Source: Gemmatimonas sp.
GTDB lineage: Bacteria; Gemmatimonadota; Gemmatimonadetes; Gemmatimonadales; Gemmatimonadaceae
NCBI GenBank assembly: GCA_965279375.1
Contig: OZ257156.1
Coordinates: forward strand, 2,880,001-2,944,000
Length of the DNA stretch: 64,000 bases
Direction: 5' to 3'
In this document: positions 29,280-40,898 of the stretch, in pieces
Layout of the letters: each line of letters starts with the position of its first letter
Position numbering within the stretch: position 1 is the first letter of the stretch
Made by a program: the position numbers and the translations under genes
Notes under the pieces: model-generated
Databases searched by the model: none
Told to the model about the DNA's origin: nothing
What the model saw: only the letters and a program-made list of their open reading frames with translations

Positions 29280-29902
29280 TGTCCACCGCGCGCGAACCCT
29301 TTGTCTTCGCGACAGCCCAGTACGACTCGGGGGACTGGGATTCGGCACCGATGGTGCCGGCGAATGTGATCGATTCCGTCGCGCGATACACATCGCTGCC
29401 AGTCCGACCGCAGGGGGTCTCTGTTCCGCTGTCGTCGGAATCGGTGTTCGGATATCCGCTGCTCTTTCTCACCGGGCACTTGCCGGTGCGCTTCACCAAC
29501 AAGGAGAGCGATGTGCTGCGGCAGTATCTGCGGCGCGGTGGCTTGCTCTTCATCGACGATCACAACCACGATGTGGACGGCGCGTTCAACAAGACGGTGC
29601 GCGAGGAGATCCGGCGCGTTGTCGGTGAACTCAAACCACTGCCCAACACGCACGAGTTGTATCGCGCGTACTTCGTGTTCGACAATGGCCCGCCAACCAC
29701 GTCGCACGAAATGAACGGCTGGGGTGACAACCTCGTGCACGAACATCTCGACGCCGTGTTGTTTGGATCGCGCATCGCTGTCTTGTTCAGCAACAAGGAC
29801 TATAGCTCCGAATGGAGCTACCATCCCGACAACAAGCGCTTCCTCTCCGTGGACAACACCAAGTTCGCGGTCAACCTCGTCGTCTACGCGCTGACCCGCT
29901 GA
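29279..29902 (+). CDS. DUF4159 domain protein
   Basis: YDSGDWD, YPLLFLTGH, LRQYLRRGGLLFIDD, LPNTHELY, AVNLVVYALT. Confidence 0.88.
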   Translation: MSTAREPFVFATAQYDSGDWDSAPMVPANVIDSVARYTSLPVRPQGVSVPLSSESVFGYPLLFLTGHLPVRFTNKESDVLRQYLRRGGLLFIDDHNHDVDGAFNKTVREEIRRVVGELKPLPNTHELYRAYFVFDNGPPTTSHEMNGWGDNLVHEHLDAVLFGSRIAVLFSNKDYSSEWSYHPDNKRFLSVDNTKFAVNLVVYALTR

Positions 29903-31302
29903 TGCGACGGCCGCTCGAAGTCATCTGCCGTGCGGTGGGCATCGGCGCGTTGCTGCTCGCGCTCGCGTTGCTGTGGCGCACGTCGGCGACAGCGGCCACG
30001 CCTGCCGTTTCGCTGACGACTGCCGCGCTGCACGACTCGTCGGCTACGCTACTCGCCAGCGAACTCTCCGCGTTGATCCAGCGTTCGGCGCGCGATTCCA
30101 CGTGGACTGCGATGCAGTTCACGCTCGATCGCGTGCCGTCCTCCGCCGCGCGCGACGTGCTCGCGGCAGCGCGCATGGCCGGCATGCCGATCGCGTGGGC
30201 AGACTCCACCCGAGCGCGCGGCCTGGTTGTCTCCGCCTCCGCCGATGTCGATCCACAGGCTGGTGTGTGGGTGCGCGCGTCCGGACAATCGGGCCAAGCG
30301 CTGGTGCTGCGCGATGCCGCGAGCGTGCTCGACTCGGTCGCCGATGCATCGCGTGGCCTCACGATCCGAGGCGCGCAACTTTCTACAGCTGTCACTGCCG
30401 AGCAAGGGGCATCGCGCGCACGCGTCCGCGTGCCGGCCGTCGCGACGTTGCGTCGCATCCTGCTCTTCGCGCGGCCCGGCTGGGAAGCAAAGTTCGTCAC
30501 CGCCGCGCTCGAGGAGCGCGGATGGCAGGTGGACGGCACGCTCTCGATCGGGCGTCGCGCTTCGGTCACGATCGGCGCCCCGCTGGCACTCGATACGGCG
30601 CGCTACGCTGCCGCGGTCGTGCTCGACAGCGGCGTTGCGACCTCTGCGCAGCTGACCCGTTTCGTTGCACAAGGCGGTGGCGTGGTGCTGGCTGGCGACG
30701 CACTGCTCGGCGCTGGCGCATCGACGCTGCGCCCCGCGAGCGTGACAGGATCGCGTCCGGCGGTCGCAGGCGCCTTGCTCACCAACGCTCCGCGCAACGG
30801 GCTCGATGCGCTGGAGCTTCGTGCCGCACCGACCGCGGTGGTGCTCCAGACGGAGTTGCACGGCGCGACCGCAGAGCCGGCCGTGGTCGCGTGGCGCGTC
30901 GGCGCTGGCCGCGTGCTGGCCAGCGGCTATCGCGAGACGTGGCGGTGGCGCATGGAAGGCAGCACTGACGGCATGGACGCGCATCGCGCGTGGTGGAGCG
31001 GGCTCGTTCGCGCGGTCGCGTTTGCGCCGACCCCCGTCGCTTCCGCGCAGTCCGCCAATGTGTTGAGCCAACCAACCGGCAGCGCCGAGCACGCGCCACG
31101 AACAGCCTTGTGGCCCGGAGACGCGGCGCCCTACGCCGACCTCGTCGCGCGGCTGGGCGAGCCCGTGATCCTTCGGAGCCGTGCCGAGGGCGCACCAGTG
31201 TCCCCGACTCGTCCGGGAGCCTTGCAGTGGCTACTGTACGCGGTGGCGGCGTCCGCGCTGCTGGCTGAGTGGTGCCTTCGTCGTGTGCGAGGCGCACCCT
31301 GA
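29902..31302 (+). CDS. Membrane-anchored hypothetical protein of the MoxR operon (glutamine amidotransferase-like central region possible)
   Basis: N- and C-terminal TM, PGWEAKF, FVAQGGGVVLAG, GAGRV, ETWRWRM, LLAEWCLRRVRG. Confidence 0.72.
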   Translation: MRRPLEVICRAVGIGALLLALALLWRTSATAATPAVSLTTAALHDSSATLLASELSALIQRSARDSTWTAMQFTLDRVPSSAARDVLAAARMAGMPIAWADSTRARGLVVSASADVDPQAGVWVRASGQSGQALVLRDAASVLDSVADASRGLTIRGAQLSTAVTAEQGASRARVRVPAVATLRRILLFARPGWEAKFVTAALEERGWQVDGTLSIGRRASVTIGAPLALDTARYAAAVVLDSGVATSAQLTRFVAQGGGVVLAGDALLGAGASTLRPASVTGSRPAVAGALLTNAPRNGLDALELRAAPTAVVLQTELHGATAEPAVVAWRVGAGRVLASGYRETWRWRMEGSTDGMDAHRAWWSGLVRAVAFAPTPVASAQSANVLSQPTGSAEHAPRTALWPGDAAPYADLVARLGEPVILRSRAEGAPVSPTRPGALQWLLYAVAASALLAEWCLRRVRGAP

Positions 31303-31331
31303 TCGTTCCGCTTCCGCGCTGAGGAATTCCG

Positions 31332-32264
31332 GTGTCTGCAACCGTTGCGTTCATCTCGCACTCCGACTGCGGCCGGCACGACACGGGCTGGGAGCATCCG
31401 GAGCACGTCGGACGGCTGCGCGCCATTCCGCGAGCGCTGCGTTACGAGCCCGAGCTGTTCGACGTGCTGTTGCACCACGAAGGGCGACACGCGACGCGCG
31501 ACGAGCTCGCCTTGGCGCACGACCGCGGCTACATCGAACGCGTCTTCGATACCGTGGCGGACGGTGGCGGCCGGCTCGATCCGGACACCGTCGTCAGCGA
31601 AGGCTCCTGGGACGCGGTGACCGCGGGCGCAGGGTGTGTGCTCGATGGCGTGGACATGGCATTCGACGGCCGCGCGATACGCAGCTTCTCCGCCGTGCGT
31701 CCGCCGGGGCATCACGCGCTGCGCGACCGCGCGATGGGCTTCTGCCTCTTCGGCAACGTGGCGATCGCGGCGCACTACGCCATATCGCGTCATGCGGCAC
31801 AGCGCGTGCTCATCGTGGACTGGGATGTGCACCACGGCAACGGCACGCAGGCGCTCGTGGAACACGAGCCCCGCATTCACTTCGTGTCGATGCACCAGTG
31901 GCCGTGGTATCCGGGAACGGGGGCGGCTGACGATCGCGGTCCGCACGGCTCGGTGTGGAATGTCCCCATGGGGCCATCGTTGCCTTCGGCCGCGTACGTA
32001 GACGCGCTGCTCGCCGCCGTGGATGCGGCGACGGCGGACTTCACGCCGGATCTGGTGCTCATCTCCGCCGGCTTCGACTGCCTGCAGGGGGATCCGCTGG
32101 GCGCCTTCACACTCACCAACGATGACATCCGCTTGCTGACTCGTGCGCTGGTGGAGCGCGCGGAGCTCTGGTGTGGAGGCCGACTGGTGAGCGCGCTCGA
32201 GGGTGGCTACGCGCCCGATAGCGTGGCGGCGGCCGTCATGGTCCACCTGCACGCGCTGCGGTAG
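31332..32264 (+). CDS. Histone deacetylase family Zn-dependent deacylase
   Basis: HPE, RPPGHHA, GFCLFGN, DWDVHHGNGTQ, SAGFD, LEGGY. Confidence 0.94.
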   Translation: MSATVAFISHSDCGRHDTGWEHPEHVGRLRAIPRALRYEPELFDVLLHHEGRHATRDELALAHDRGYIERVFDTVADGGGRLDPDTVVSEGSWDAVTAGAGCVLDGVDMAFDGRAIRSFSAVRPPGHHALRDRAMGFCLFGNVAIAAHYAISRHAAQRVLIVDWDVHHGNGTQALVEHEPRIHFVSMHQWPWYPGTGAADDRGPHGSVWNVPMGPSLPSAAYVDALLAAVDAATADFTPDLVLISAGFDCLQGDPLGAFTLTNDDIRLLTRALVERAELWCGGRLVSALEGGYAPDSVAAAVMVHLHALR

Positions 32265-32293
32265 CTTCCAGCCATGGTCTTCCTCCCGCACGC

Positions 32294-33337
32294 TTGCGCG
32301 ATCCGGGGTACGCCCCGGCACTCCGCGCGCCGTTCATCGTGACTGCCGGTCCTGTCGACGCGCTCCCGCGCACGATCTATCGCGCGCTCGACGGCGGCAA
32401 CGTCATCGACTGCCATCCTCGCGATATCCCGCAGCTGCTCGCCAACGGCGGACCGCTGTGGATGGACATCGACTCCTCCGTGCGCTCCCAGCACGCGCTG
32501 CTGGAGAAGGTGTTCAAGTTTCATCCGCTCGCGATCGAGGATACGCTCAATCCGAGCTCGCGCGTCAAGATCGAGGAGTACGAGGGATACCTCTTCATCA
32601 TCATCCGCGGCGTCGCGTTCGCGTCGGGCACCGATGATCCGTACGACCTGGAAACGAAGGATCTCTACTGCTTCCTGGGGTCGCACTTTCTGGTGACGGT
32701 GCATTCGGGTCCGATGCCGTCGGTCGAACGCGTCGCTGATACGCTAAGGCGCTCGCCCGACCTGCTCACTCGCGGCGTGGACCGCGCGTTGCACGCCATC
32801 CTCGACGATACGATCGACAGCTTCTTCCCCATCCTCAATCAGATCGATCAGTTCATCGATGGTCTCGAAGAGCGCGTGTTCGTGCGCTTCGATGAAACCG
32901 CGCTGCGCGACCTGTTTCTGGTGAAGCGACTGGTGCTCTCGCTCAGGCGTTACCTCATGCCGTCGCGTGAGGTCATGAACGTGCTGACGAATCGGCCGAG
33001 CACGTTGTTGACGCCCGACGTGCAGATCTACTTCCGCGATATCTACGACCACGTGCTGCGCATCAACGATTCGCTGGACACGTACCGCGATCTGCTGAGC
33101 AGCACGATGGACTCGTATCTCACGCAGGTGTCCAACCGGCTGGGCGCGACCACCAAGGCGTTGTCCGTGGTGGCAACGATGTCGCTGCCGTTCGTTGTCG
33201 TGAGCGGCATGTGGGGCATGAACTTCACCAACATCCCGTTCTCCGGCTGGCCGCACGGCTTCATGACGTTGCTGTTTGTGCAGCTGGCGCTCGGTCTCGC
33301 GCTGCTGGCGTTCCTGCGTTGGCGGAAGCTGCTCTGA
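32294..33337 (+). CDS. corA: Magnesium/cobalt transporter CorA
   Basis: FHPLAIED, YFRDIYDH, GMWGMNF signature, two C-terminal TM. Start uncertain. Confidence 0.92.
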   Translation: MRDPGYAPALRAPFIVTAGPVDALPRTIYRALDGGNVIDCHPRDIPQLLANGGPLWMDIDSSVRSQHALLEKVFKFHPLAIEDTLNPSSRVKIEEYEGYLFIIIRGVAFASGTDDPYDLETKDLYCFLGSHFLVTVHSGPMPSVERVADTLRRSPDLLTRGVDRALHAILDDTIDSFFPILNQIDQFIDGLEERVFVRFDETALRDLFLVKRLVLSLRRYLMPSREVMNVLTNRPSTLLTPDVQIYFRDIYDHVLRINDSLDTYRDLLSSTMDSYLTQVSNRLGATTKALSVVATMSLPFVVVSGMWGMNFTNIPFSGWPHGFMTLLFVQLALGLALLAFLRWRKLL

Positions 33338-33376
33338 TGCCGAAGTTCTCGCTCTCACCTTCGTCTTCGCGTCGCC

Positions 33377-34378
33377 ATGTTCTGTCCTGAGTGCGGCACC
33401 TGGAACCGCGCTGCGGCCGCACGCTGCACGCGCTGTGGGGCACTGCTTCCCGAGGTGACCGCGCCCCCGCTCGACATCCCCGATGACGAGCTGAATGCGT
33501 TGCGACAGGCCACGGGCAACCGCTACACGATCGTCAAGCGACTGGGCAGCGGAGGCATGGCACACGTGTATCTCGCTCGACACGTGGCGCTCTCGCGCTA
33601 CCTCGTGATCAAGGTGCTGCACAAGACGCTGTCCGAAGATCCCGAAATGCGCGAGCGCTTCCGACGCGAGGCGGAGTCCGCAGCGGGATTGGTGCATCCA
33701 TTTATCTGCGCCATCGTGGACATGGGCACTGCCGGCGGCGTCGAATACCTCGGCATGCCGTACTACGCCGGTGGTTCACTCGCCGATCGATTGGGGCGTC
33801 AGCGCACCATCGGACCAGCGGAGGCCGCGTCGATTGCCGTACAGGTGGCTTGCGCGCTCGACTACGCGCATCGGCACGGCATCATTCATCGCGACATCAA
33901 GCCGGACAACATCCTCTTCGACGAAGACGGCAACGTCGCGTTAACGGACTTCGGCATCGCCACCGCTCGCTTTCACGGAAGACTCACCGCGATTGGCCGG
34001 GCGATGGGAACGCCGCACTACATGTCCCCAGAGCAGGCGATGGGGAAGCTGGTGGACGGGCGGAGCGATCTCTACGCCGTGGGCTTGCTGCTCTACGAAA
34101 TGCTGCTCGGCAATCCTCCGTTCGACGGGGAAGACTCGTACGCGGTTGGCTACAAGCACGTGCACGAGATGCCGGTGCCGCCCGACCAGGTGGACAGCCG
34201 GATTCCCGCGGCGCTGAGCGCCATCGTGGTGAAGTGTCTCGCCAAGCAGGCCGTGGATCGCTACGACCGCGGTTTCGAACTGGCCGACGCGCTCATCGGC
34301 TATCTCACTGGCAGCGGTACCGCCGCAGATCTGCGCAACGCGCGAGCCGCGCGCGCCTCCGGACTCACTCCTCTCTGA
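33377..34378 (+). CDS. Hanks-type Ser/Thr protein kinase with N-terminal zinc ribbon
   Basis: CPECG..CTRCG, GSGGMAHVY, HRDIKPDN, DFG, GTPHYMSPEQ. Confidence 0.93.
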   Translation: MFCPECGTWNRAAAARCTRCGALLPEVTAPPLDIPDDELNALRQATGNRYTIVKRLGSGGMAHVYLARHVALSRYLVIKVLHKTLSEDPEMRERFRREAESAAGLVHPFICAIVDMGTAGGVEYLGMPYYAGGSLADRLGRQRTIGPAEAASIAVQVACALDYAHRHGIIHRDIKPDNILFDEDGNVALTDFGIATARFHGRLTAIGRAMGTPHYMSPEQAMGKLVDGRSDLYAVGLLLYEMLLGNPPFDGEDSYAVGYKHVHEMPVPPDQVDSRIPAALSAIVVKCLAKQAVDRYDRGFELADALIGYLTGSGTAADLRNARAARASGLTPL

Positions 34379-34390
34379 TGCTTCGCTGAC

Positions 34391-35413
34391 ATGCGCCTCC
34401 TCGCTGAAATCCTGACGGTCCACACCAAGCACCCGTTCATCATCGCGCGCGGAGGCACCAGCGAGTTTCGCGTAGTGTGGGTACGTCTGCAGGACGCCGA
34501 CGGGCTGGAAGGATGGGGCGAAGCAGCGCCGAGTCGCTTCTACGGAGAAACAGCCGACACAGTGCTTGCTGCGCTCAAGTACTACGAGCCACTGCTGGCC
34601 AACGCCGATGGCTGGTCGATCGACGCGATCGAAGCTGAGCTCGCGAAGGCGATGCGCTGGAATGCTTCCGCACGCACCGCGATCAGTGCAGCACTGCACG
34701 ATTTGATGGCCAAGAGACTTGGCGTGCCGCTATACAAGCTCTTCGGGCTGTCTGGAATGAAGACACCAACATCGAGCTTCACCATCGGCATCGCGCCCGA
34801 CGACGAGACGTTGCGCGCGCGTGTACGCGAGGCAGCGGCCTATCCCATTCTCAAGATCAAGCTTGGTACCGCGCGCGACGCGGACATCGTACGCATCGTG
34901 CGTGAGGAAGCGCCCACGGCCATTCTGCGCGTGGACGCCAATGCCGCGTGGACGCCCAAGGGCGCGCTGGCGATGTTGGAACCGCTCACCAAGTACGGCG
35001 TGGACATGCTCGAGCAGCCGCTGGCGCCGCACGACATCGAAGGGCTGCGCTTCGTGCGCGAGCGTTCACCCATCCCCGTGGTCGCGGATGAGTCGTGCAT
35101 CGTCGCCACCGACATTCCCAAGCTCGTGGGCGCGGTGGACGGCATCAACATCAAGCTGGCCAAGTGCGGCTCGCTCCGCGAGGCGCGCCGTATGATCTCC
35201 GTCGCGCGCGCGCACGGCATGCGCGTGATGTGTGGCTGCATGATCGAGACGACGCTGGGCATCGCGGCGGCCGCGCACTTTTCGCAAGAACTCGACGACG
35301 CCGACTTTGATGGCGCGGCGTTGCTGGCAGACGATCCGTTCGACGGCCCCAGCATTCCCAATGGACGCGTGACGCTGAGCGAGGCGCCGGGGCTCGGCGT
35401 GACTCGTCGCTAG
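34391..35413 (+). CDS. Dipeptide (L-Ala-D/L-Glu) epimerase, enolase superfamily
   Basis: GWGEAAP, KIK, RVDAN, EQP, ADES, NIKLAKCG, GCMIE, DFDG. Confidence 0.9.
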   Translation: MRLLAEILTVHTKHPFIIARGGTSEFRVVWVRLQDADGLEGWGEAAPSRFYGETADTVLAALKYYEPLLANADGWSIDAIEAELAKAMRWNASARTAISAALHDLMAKRLGVPLYKLFGLSGMKTPTSSFTIGIAPDDETLRARVREAAAYPILKIKLGTARDADIVRIVREEAPTAILRVDANAAWTPKGALAMLEPLTKYGVDMLEQPLAPHDIEGLRFVRERSPIPVVADESCIVATDIPKLVGAVDGINIKLAKCGSLREARRMISVARAHGMRVMCGCMIETTLGIAAAAHFSQELDDADFDGAALLADDPFDGPSIPNGRVTLSEAPGLGVTRR

Positions 35414-35446
35414 CGCGCGTGCTAGCTCGCGACTGATGGTCCGCTG

Positions 35447-37708
<2,262 letters not shown>

Positions 37709-37761
37709 GACACAGCGCGTGCGGTGGTATTTTTCGACGACACCTTCGCCGAGCACATCGC

Positions 37762-38934
37762 ATGACGTCGCGCACCCTGCAGGCCATCCCGCCGTACATC
37801 TTCACTGAACTCGATGCACGCCGTGCTGCGCACCGCGCGCGCGGTCGCGCACTCGTGGATCTGGGGATCGGGAGCCCTGATCAGCCCATCCCGGCGGTCG
37901 TGATCGAGGCGATGCAGCAGTACGCGTCCGAGCGCGCGCTCAGCGGCTATCCTAATTTCAAGGGCAGTCCGGCGTATTTCACGGCGGTCGCGTCGTATCT
38001 GCATTCGCGGTTCGGCGTAGCGGTCGACCCCAGTCGCGAGCTGCTGGCGCTGGCCGGAAGCAAGGAAGGCATCGCAGAACTCGTCCTGTCGCATTGCAAC
38101 GCGGGCGATGTGGTGCTCATCCCGGAAGTCTATTATCCGGTCTACGCGCGTGCGCCGCAGCTCGCTGGTGCGCGGCCGGTGTTCGTGCCAACGCACGACG
38201 ACGGACGACTTGATCTCGACGCGATTGCCCCAGCCGATCTCGCGCTCGCGAAGATCCTGATCGTCAACTATCCCTGCAATCCGACGACGGCGAGCGTACC
38301 ACTCTCGGAGTTCGAACGACTGGTGGCATTCGCGGAAGCACACGCGCTGCTGCTCATCAGCGATCTCGCGTACAGCGAGTTGTCGTACGATGGCTTTCGC
38401 GTGCCGAGTGTGTTGCAGGTGCCCGGTGCGTCGCGGGTCGCGGTGGAGCTGCATACTTGCTCCAAGAGCTTCAACATGGCGGGAATTCGCATCGCATTCG
38501 TCGCGGGGAATGCGGAGGCGATCGCGACGCTGGATTCGTACCGCGCCAACATCGGCTACGGCGTGTCGTCGCTGGCGCAGGCCGCTGGAACGGCGGCGTT
38601 CACACACCATGCGTCTATCGTGCCGCCGGTCGTGGCGGAATACCGCCGGCGGCGCGATGCATTGGTCGCCTCGTTCAACGCGAACGGCTGGTCCGTCTCT
38701 GCGCCGAACTCCACGATGTATCTCTGGCTCGCGGTGCCGGACGGCTACGACGACTGGTCGTGGATGGAAGCGTTGATGGACGGACCTGGTATTGTGATCA
38801 CGCCCGGCGTCGCGTTTGGCGAGGCCGGGCGTGGGCACTTCCGCATTTCGTTCGTGCAGCCCGCCGATGTGCTGGCCAAGGCTGCGGTCGACATCGCGGC
38901 GCTGGCGATTACTTCGCCGGCGCGGGTTCCTTGA
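37762..38934 (+). CDS. Class I/II PLP aminotransferase (LL-diaminopimelate aminotransferase-like)
   Basis: DLGIGSPD, GSKEGI, NYPCNPT, DLAY, SKSFNMAGIRI. Confidence 0.88.
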   Translation: MTSRTLQAIPPYIFTELDARRAAHRARGRALVDLGIGSPDQPIPAVVIEAMQQYASERALSGYPNFKGSPAYFTAVASYLHSRFGVAVDPSRELLALAGSKEGIAELVLSHCNAGDVVLIPEVYYPVYARAPQLAGARPVFVPTHDDGRLDLDAIAPADLALAKILIVNYPCNPTTASVPLSEFERLVAFAEAHALLLISDLAYSELSYDGFRVPSVLQVPGASRVAVELHTCSKSFNMAGIRIAFVAGNAEAIATLDSYRANIGYGVSSLAQAAGTAAFTHHASIVPPVVAEYRRRRDALVASFNANGWSVSAPNSTMYLWLAVPDGYDDWSWMEALMDGPGIVITPGVAFGEAGRGHFRISFVQPADVLAKAAVDIAALAITSPARVP

Positions 38935-39487
38935 TGGACATGTCCCACTGCACCTGCACTGCGTCTTCGATCGGATTCACCGGCGGGTTGAACGACACGC
39001 CGAATTCCTTGCGGTTGATGCTGAAGGAGCCACGGAACCGACCGGCGCCCTTCTCGTAGAACACCATCGAGGCCGGCACGACGATGCGCTTGGTGACGCC
39101 ATGCAGCGTCAGGTCGCCCGTGATGTCCAGCTTGTTCTCGGCGATCTTCTTCACGCTGACCGACTTGAAGGTGATCGTCGGGTACTTGGCGACGTCGAAG
39201 AAGTCCGGGCTCTTGAGGTGGTTGTCGCGCATGGTCACGCGCGTGTCGATGCTGGAGGCATCGATCGTGATGCTGACGGTCGAGGCTTCGAGATTCTGGG
39301 CGTCGAGCTGGATGTCGGCGTCCCACTTGCTGAAGAAGCCGTGCGCGCTGAGCAGGCGGGCGTCCGCGACGAAGTTGATTTCGCTGTGGGCCTTGTCGAT
39401 GACGTGCGTCTTGGGGGCAGCGAACGGCGTGGCCGCGAGCAGTGCCGGGACGAGGGCGAGCAGGGAGATGCGCATAGCAGACCTCAA
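38909..39487 (-). CDS. yceI: YceI family polyisoprenoid-binding periplasmic protein
   Basis: Signal peptide, IDKAHSEINF, IDTRVTMRDNHLKSPDFFDVAKYPTITF, GDLTLHGVTK. Start may instead be ATG 39475. Confidence 0.9.
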   Translation of the reverse strand: MRSAMRISLLALVPALLAATPFAAPKTHVIDKAHSEINFVADARLLSAHGFFSKWDADIQLDAQNLEASTVSITIDASSIDTRVTMRDNHLKSPDFFDVAKYPTITFKSVSVKKIAENKLDITGDLTLHGVTKRIVVPASMVFYEKGAGRFRGSFSINRKEFGVSFNPPVNPIEDAVQVQWDMSIKEPAPAK

Positions 39488-39540
39488 TTTCAGATATTGG
39501 CGGTTTGCCAGTGAGTGGGATCACACTGGTACAGAACTAA

Positions 39541-39562
39541 GATAAATAGTCTTTCATTTATC
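39541..39562. promoter_or_regulatory. AT-rich palindrome, candidate operator
   Basis: GATAAAT-N8-ATTTATC between the divergent yceI and hyp-fur-ccdA genes. Confidence 0.5.
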
Positions 39563-39662
39563 GGCAAGGGCAACGCCTTGAATGCCGATGGGCGCGCCAG
39601 TGATCTTGCATGACGCGACGCGGAGAGACCCGCGCTCGTTCCCCATACCTCAGGTGTCGTAC

Positions 39663-40415
39663 ATGAGTTCGCCCGTTCTCCCGGATGACCTGCAGTTGGA
39701 TGTGCCCGCCGTAATCGTCCCCGATCGAGCGGACGCCCCCATCTCGGAGATCACGGAGCGATTCTTCCGCGCGTTGCTTCTGAAGGTGCCGCTGGACCGC
39801 ATTGAAGAACTGCATCTCTTCTCGCCGTTGCGCCAAGGCGGTGTGGAGACGGGCATCGCGGTCATCGCGGCTCGCGAAGTGATAGTCCCGCCGGTCGCTG
39901 AGGCGCCGGCCGACGAAGCGCTCGCCGATCCCGAGTTGCCGCTGGAGGAGACGCCGGACGTCGACGCCGCGCTCGAAGAACTCGCCCACGACGTCGAGCA
40001 GACCGTACCCGAGGTAGTCGAGGAAGAGCCCCGCGACGCCGAAGCGATCACCGACGAATCGGACGACTCGCCGTACGCGGATGAGGCCGTGGCCGCCACG
40101 CTCGTCGAATCGAATGTCGACTCGGCGGAGCTCGAAGAAGCACAGCCGGTAGTAGAGCCAGAGGCCGTGGTCGCAGCGGCGCCCGCGCCCAAGATTCGAC
40201 ACACCGTCTTCACGGCGCGCTATCGCCTGGTGCAGAAAGGACCGGAGCGTGGAAAGTGGGAAGCCGACGTTGTCGCGGAAGCCGAGGCACCGCTCATCAC
40301 CGTCGAAACGGTTGTGCGCGGCGTGCAGCGTCGTGCGGGTGAAGAGTCCGACACGACCCGATTCACCGCGCCGCAGATCGCGCGCGCGCTGCGTCTCGAC
40401 CTCGGCGCTGCCTAG
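39663..40415 (+). CDS. Hypothetical protein with a large internal acidic low-complexity insertion
   Basis: Structured-looking N and C parts flank about 100 aa of D/E/A/P-rich sequence. Stop overlaps the fur start. Confidence 0.78.
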   Translation: MSSPVLPDDLQLDVPAVIVPDRADAPISEITERFFRALLLKVPLDRIEELHLFSPLRQGGVETGIAVIAAREVIVPPVAEAPADEALADPELPLEETPDVDAALEELAHDVEQTVPEVVEEEPRDAEAITDESDDSPYADEAVAATLVESNVDSAELEEAQPVVEPEAVVAAAPAPKIRHTVFTARYRLVQKGPERGKWEADVVAEAEAPLITVETVVRGVQRRAGEESDTTRFTAPQIARALRLDLGAA

Positions 40416-40888
40416 TGCTCGACCCGGCCGTGCAGGAGGCGAAGGACGAGGGTCGGCATGCGTTTGCCGCCTACCTGCGCGACCATGGTCTGCCCGTCAC
40501 GGCGCAACGTCTCGCGATAGCTGACGTAATTCTCGGAAACGATCGCCACTTCTCTGCAGAAGACGTAGCAAAGGAACTGCGGGCGCAGGGCGCCGCCGCG
40601 GGCACGGCAACAGTCTACCGCACCATCGAAGTACTCGTACGCAGCGGCCTCGTGGTGGAGCGCGATTTCGGCGAAGGCTTCAAGCGCTATGAGGCGGCGC
40701 GCGGCGTCCCGCACCACGAACATCTGCTGTGCAACAGCTGCGGCAGCGTCACGGAGTTTCGCGACGAACGGTTGGAGCGCATGACAACACTGCTCGCGGA
40801 AGCGCACGACTTCTCAAGGCAGCGGCATCGCCTCGTCATCTATGGCCTGTGCGGCAACTGCCGCCGCGGGCCCACTCGTCCTCGGTAG
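40415..40888 (+). CDS. fur: Fur family transcriptional regulator
   Basis: TAQRLAI, HFSAEDV, ATVYRT, HHEHLLCNSCG, GLCGNC. Confidence 0.92.
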   Translation: MLDPAVQEAKDEGRHAFAAYLRDHGLPVTAQRLAIADVILGNDRHFSAEDVAKELRAQGAAAGTATVYRTIEVLVRSGLVVERDFGEGFKRYEAARGVPHHEHLLCNSCGSVTEFRDERLERMTTLLAEAHDFSRQRHRLVIYGLCGNCRRGPTRPR

Positions 40889-40898
40889 GTATGGCATC

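Noticed and set aside
35409..35426. Short palindrome GCTAGC-GCGCGT-GCTAGC between the epimerase and priA
   Set aside because: Short, with no T tract and no other copies noticed; plausible by chance.
38909..38934. 26-nt convergent 3' overlap of the aminotransferase and yceI
   Set aside because: A common feature of compact genomes with no sign of special function.
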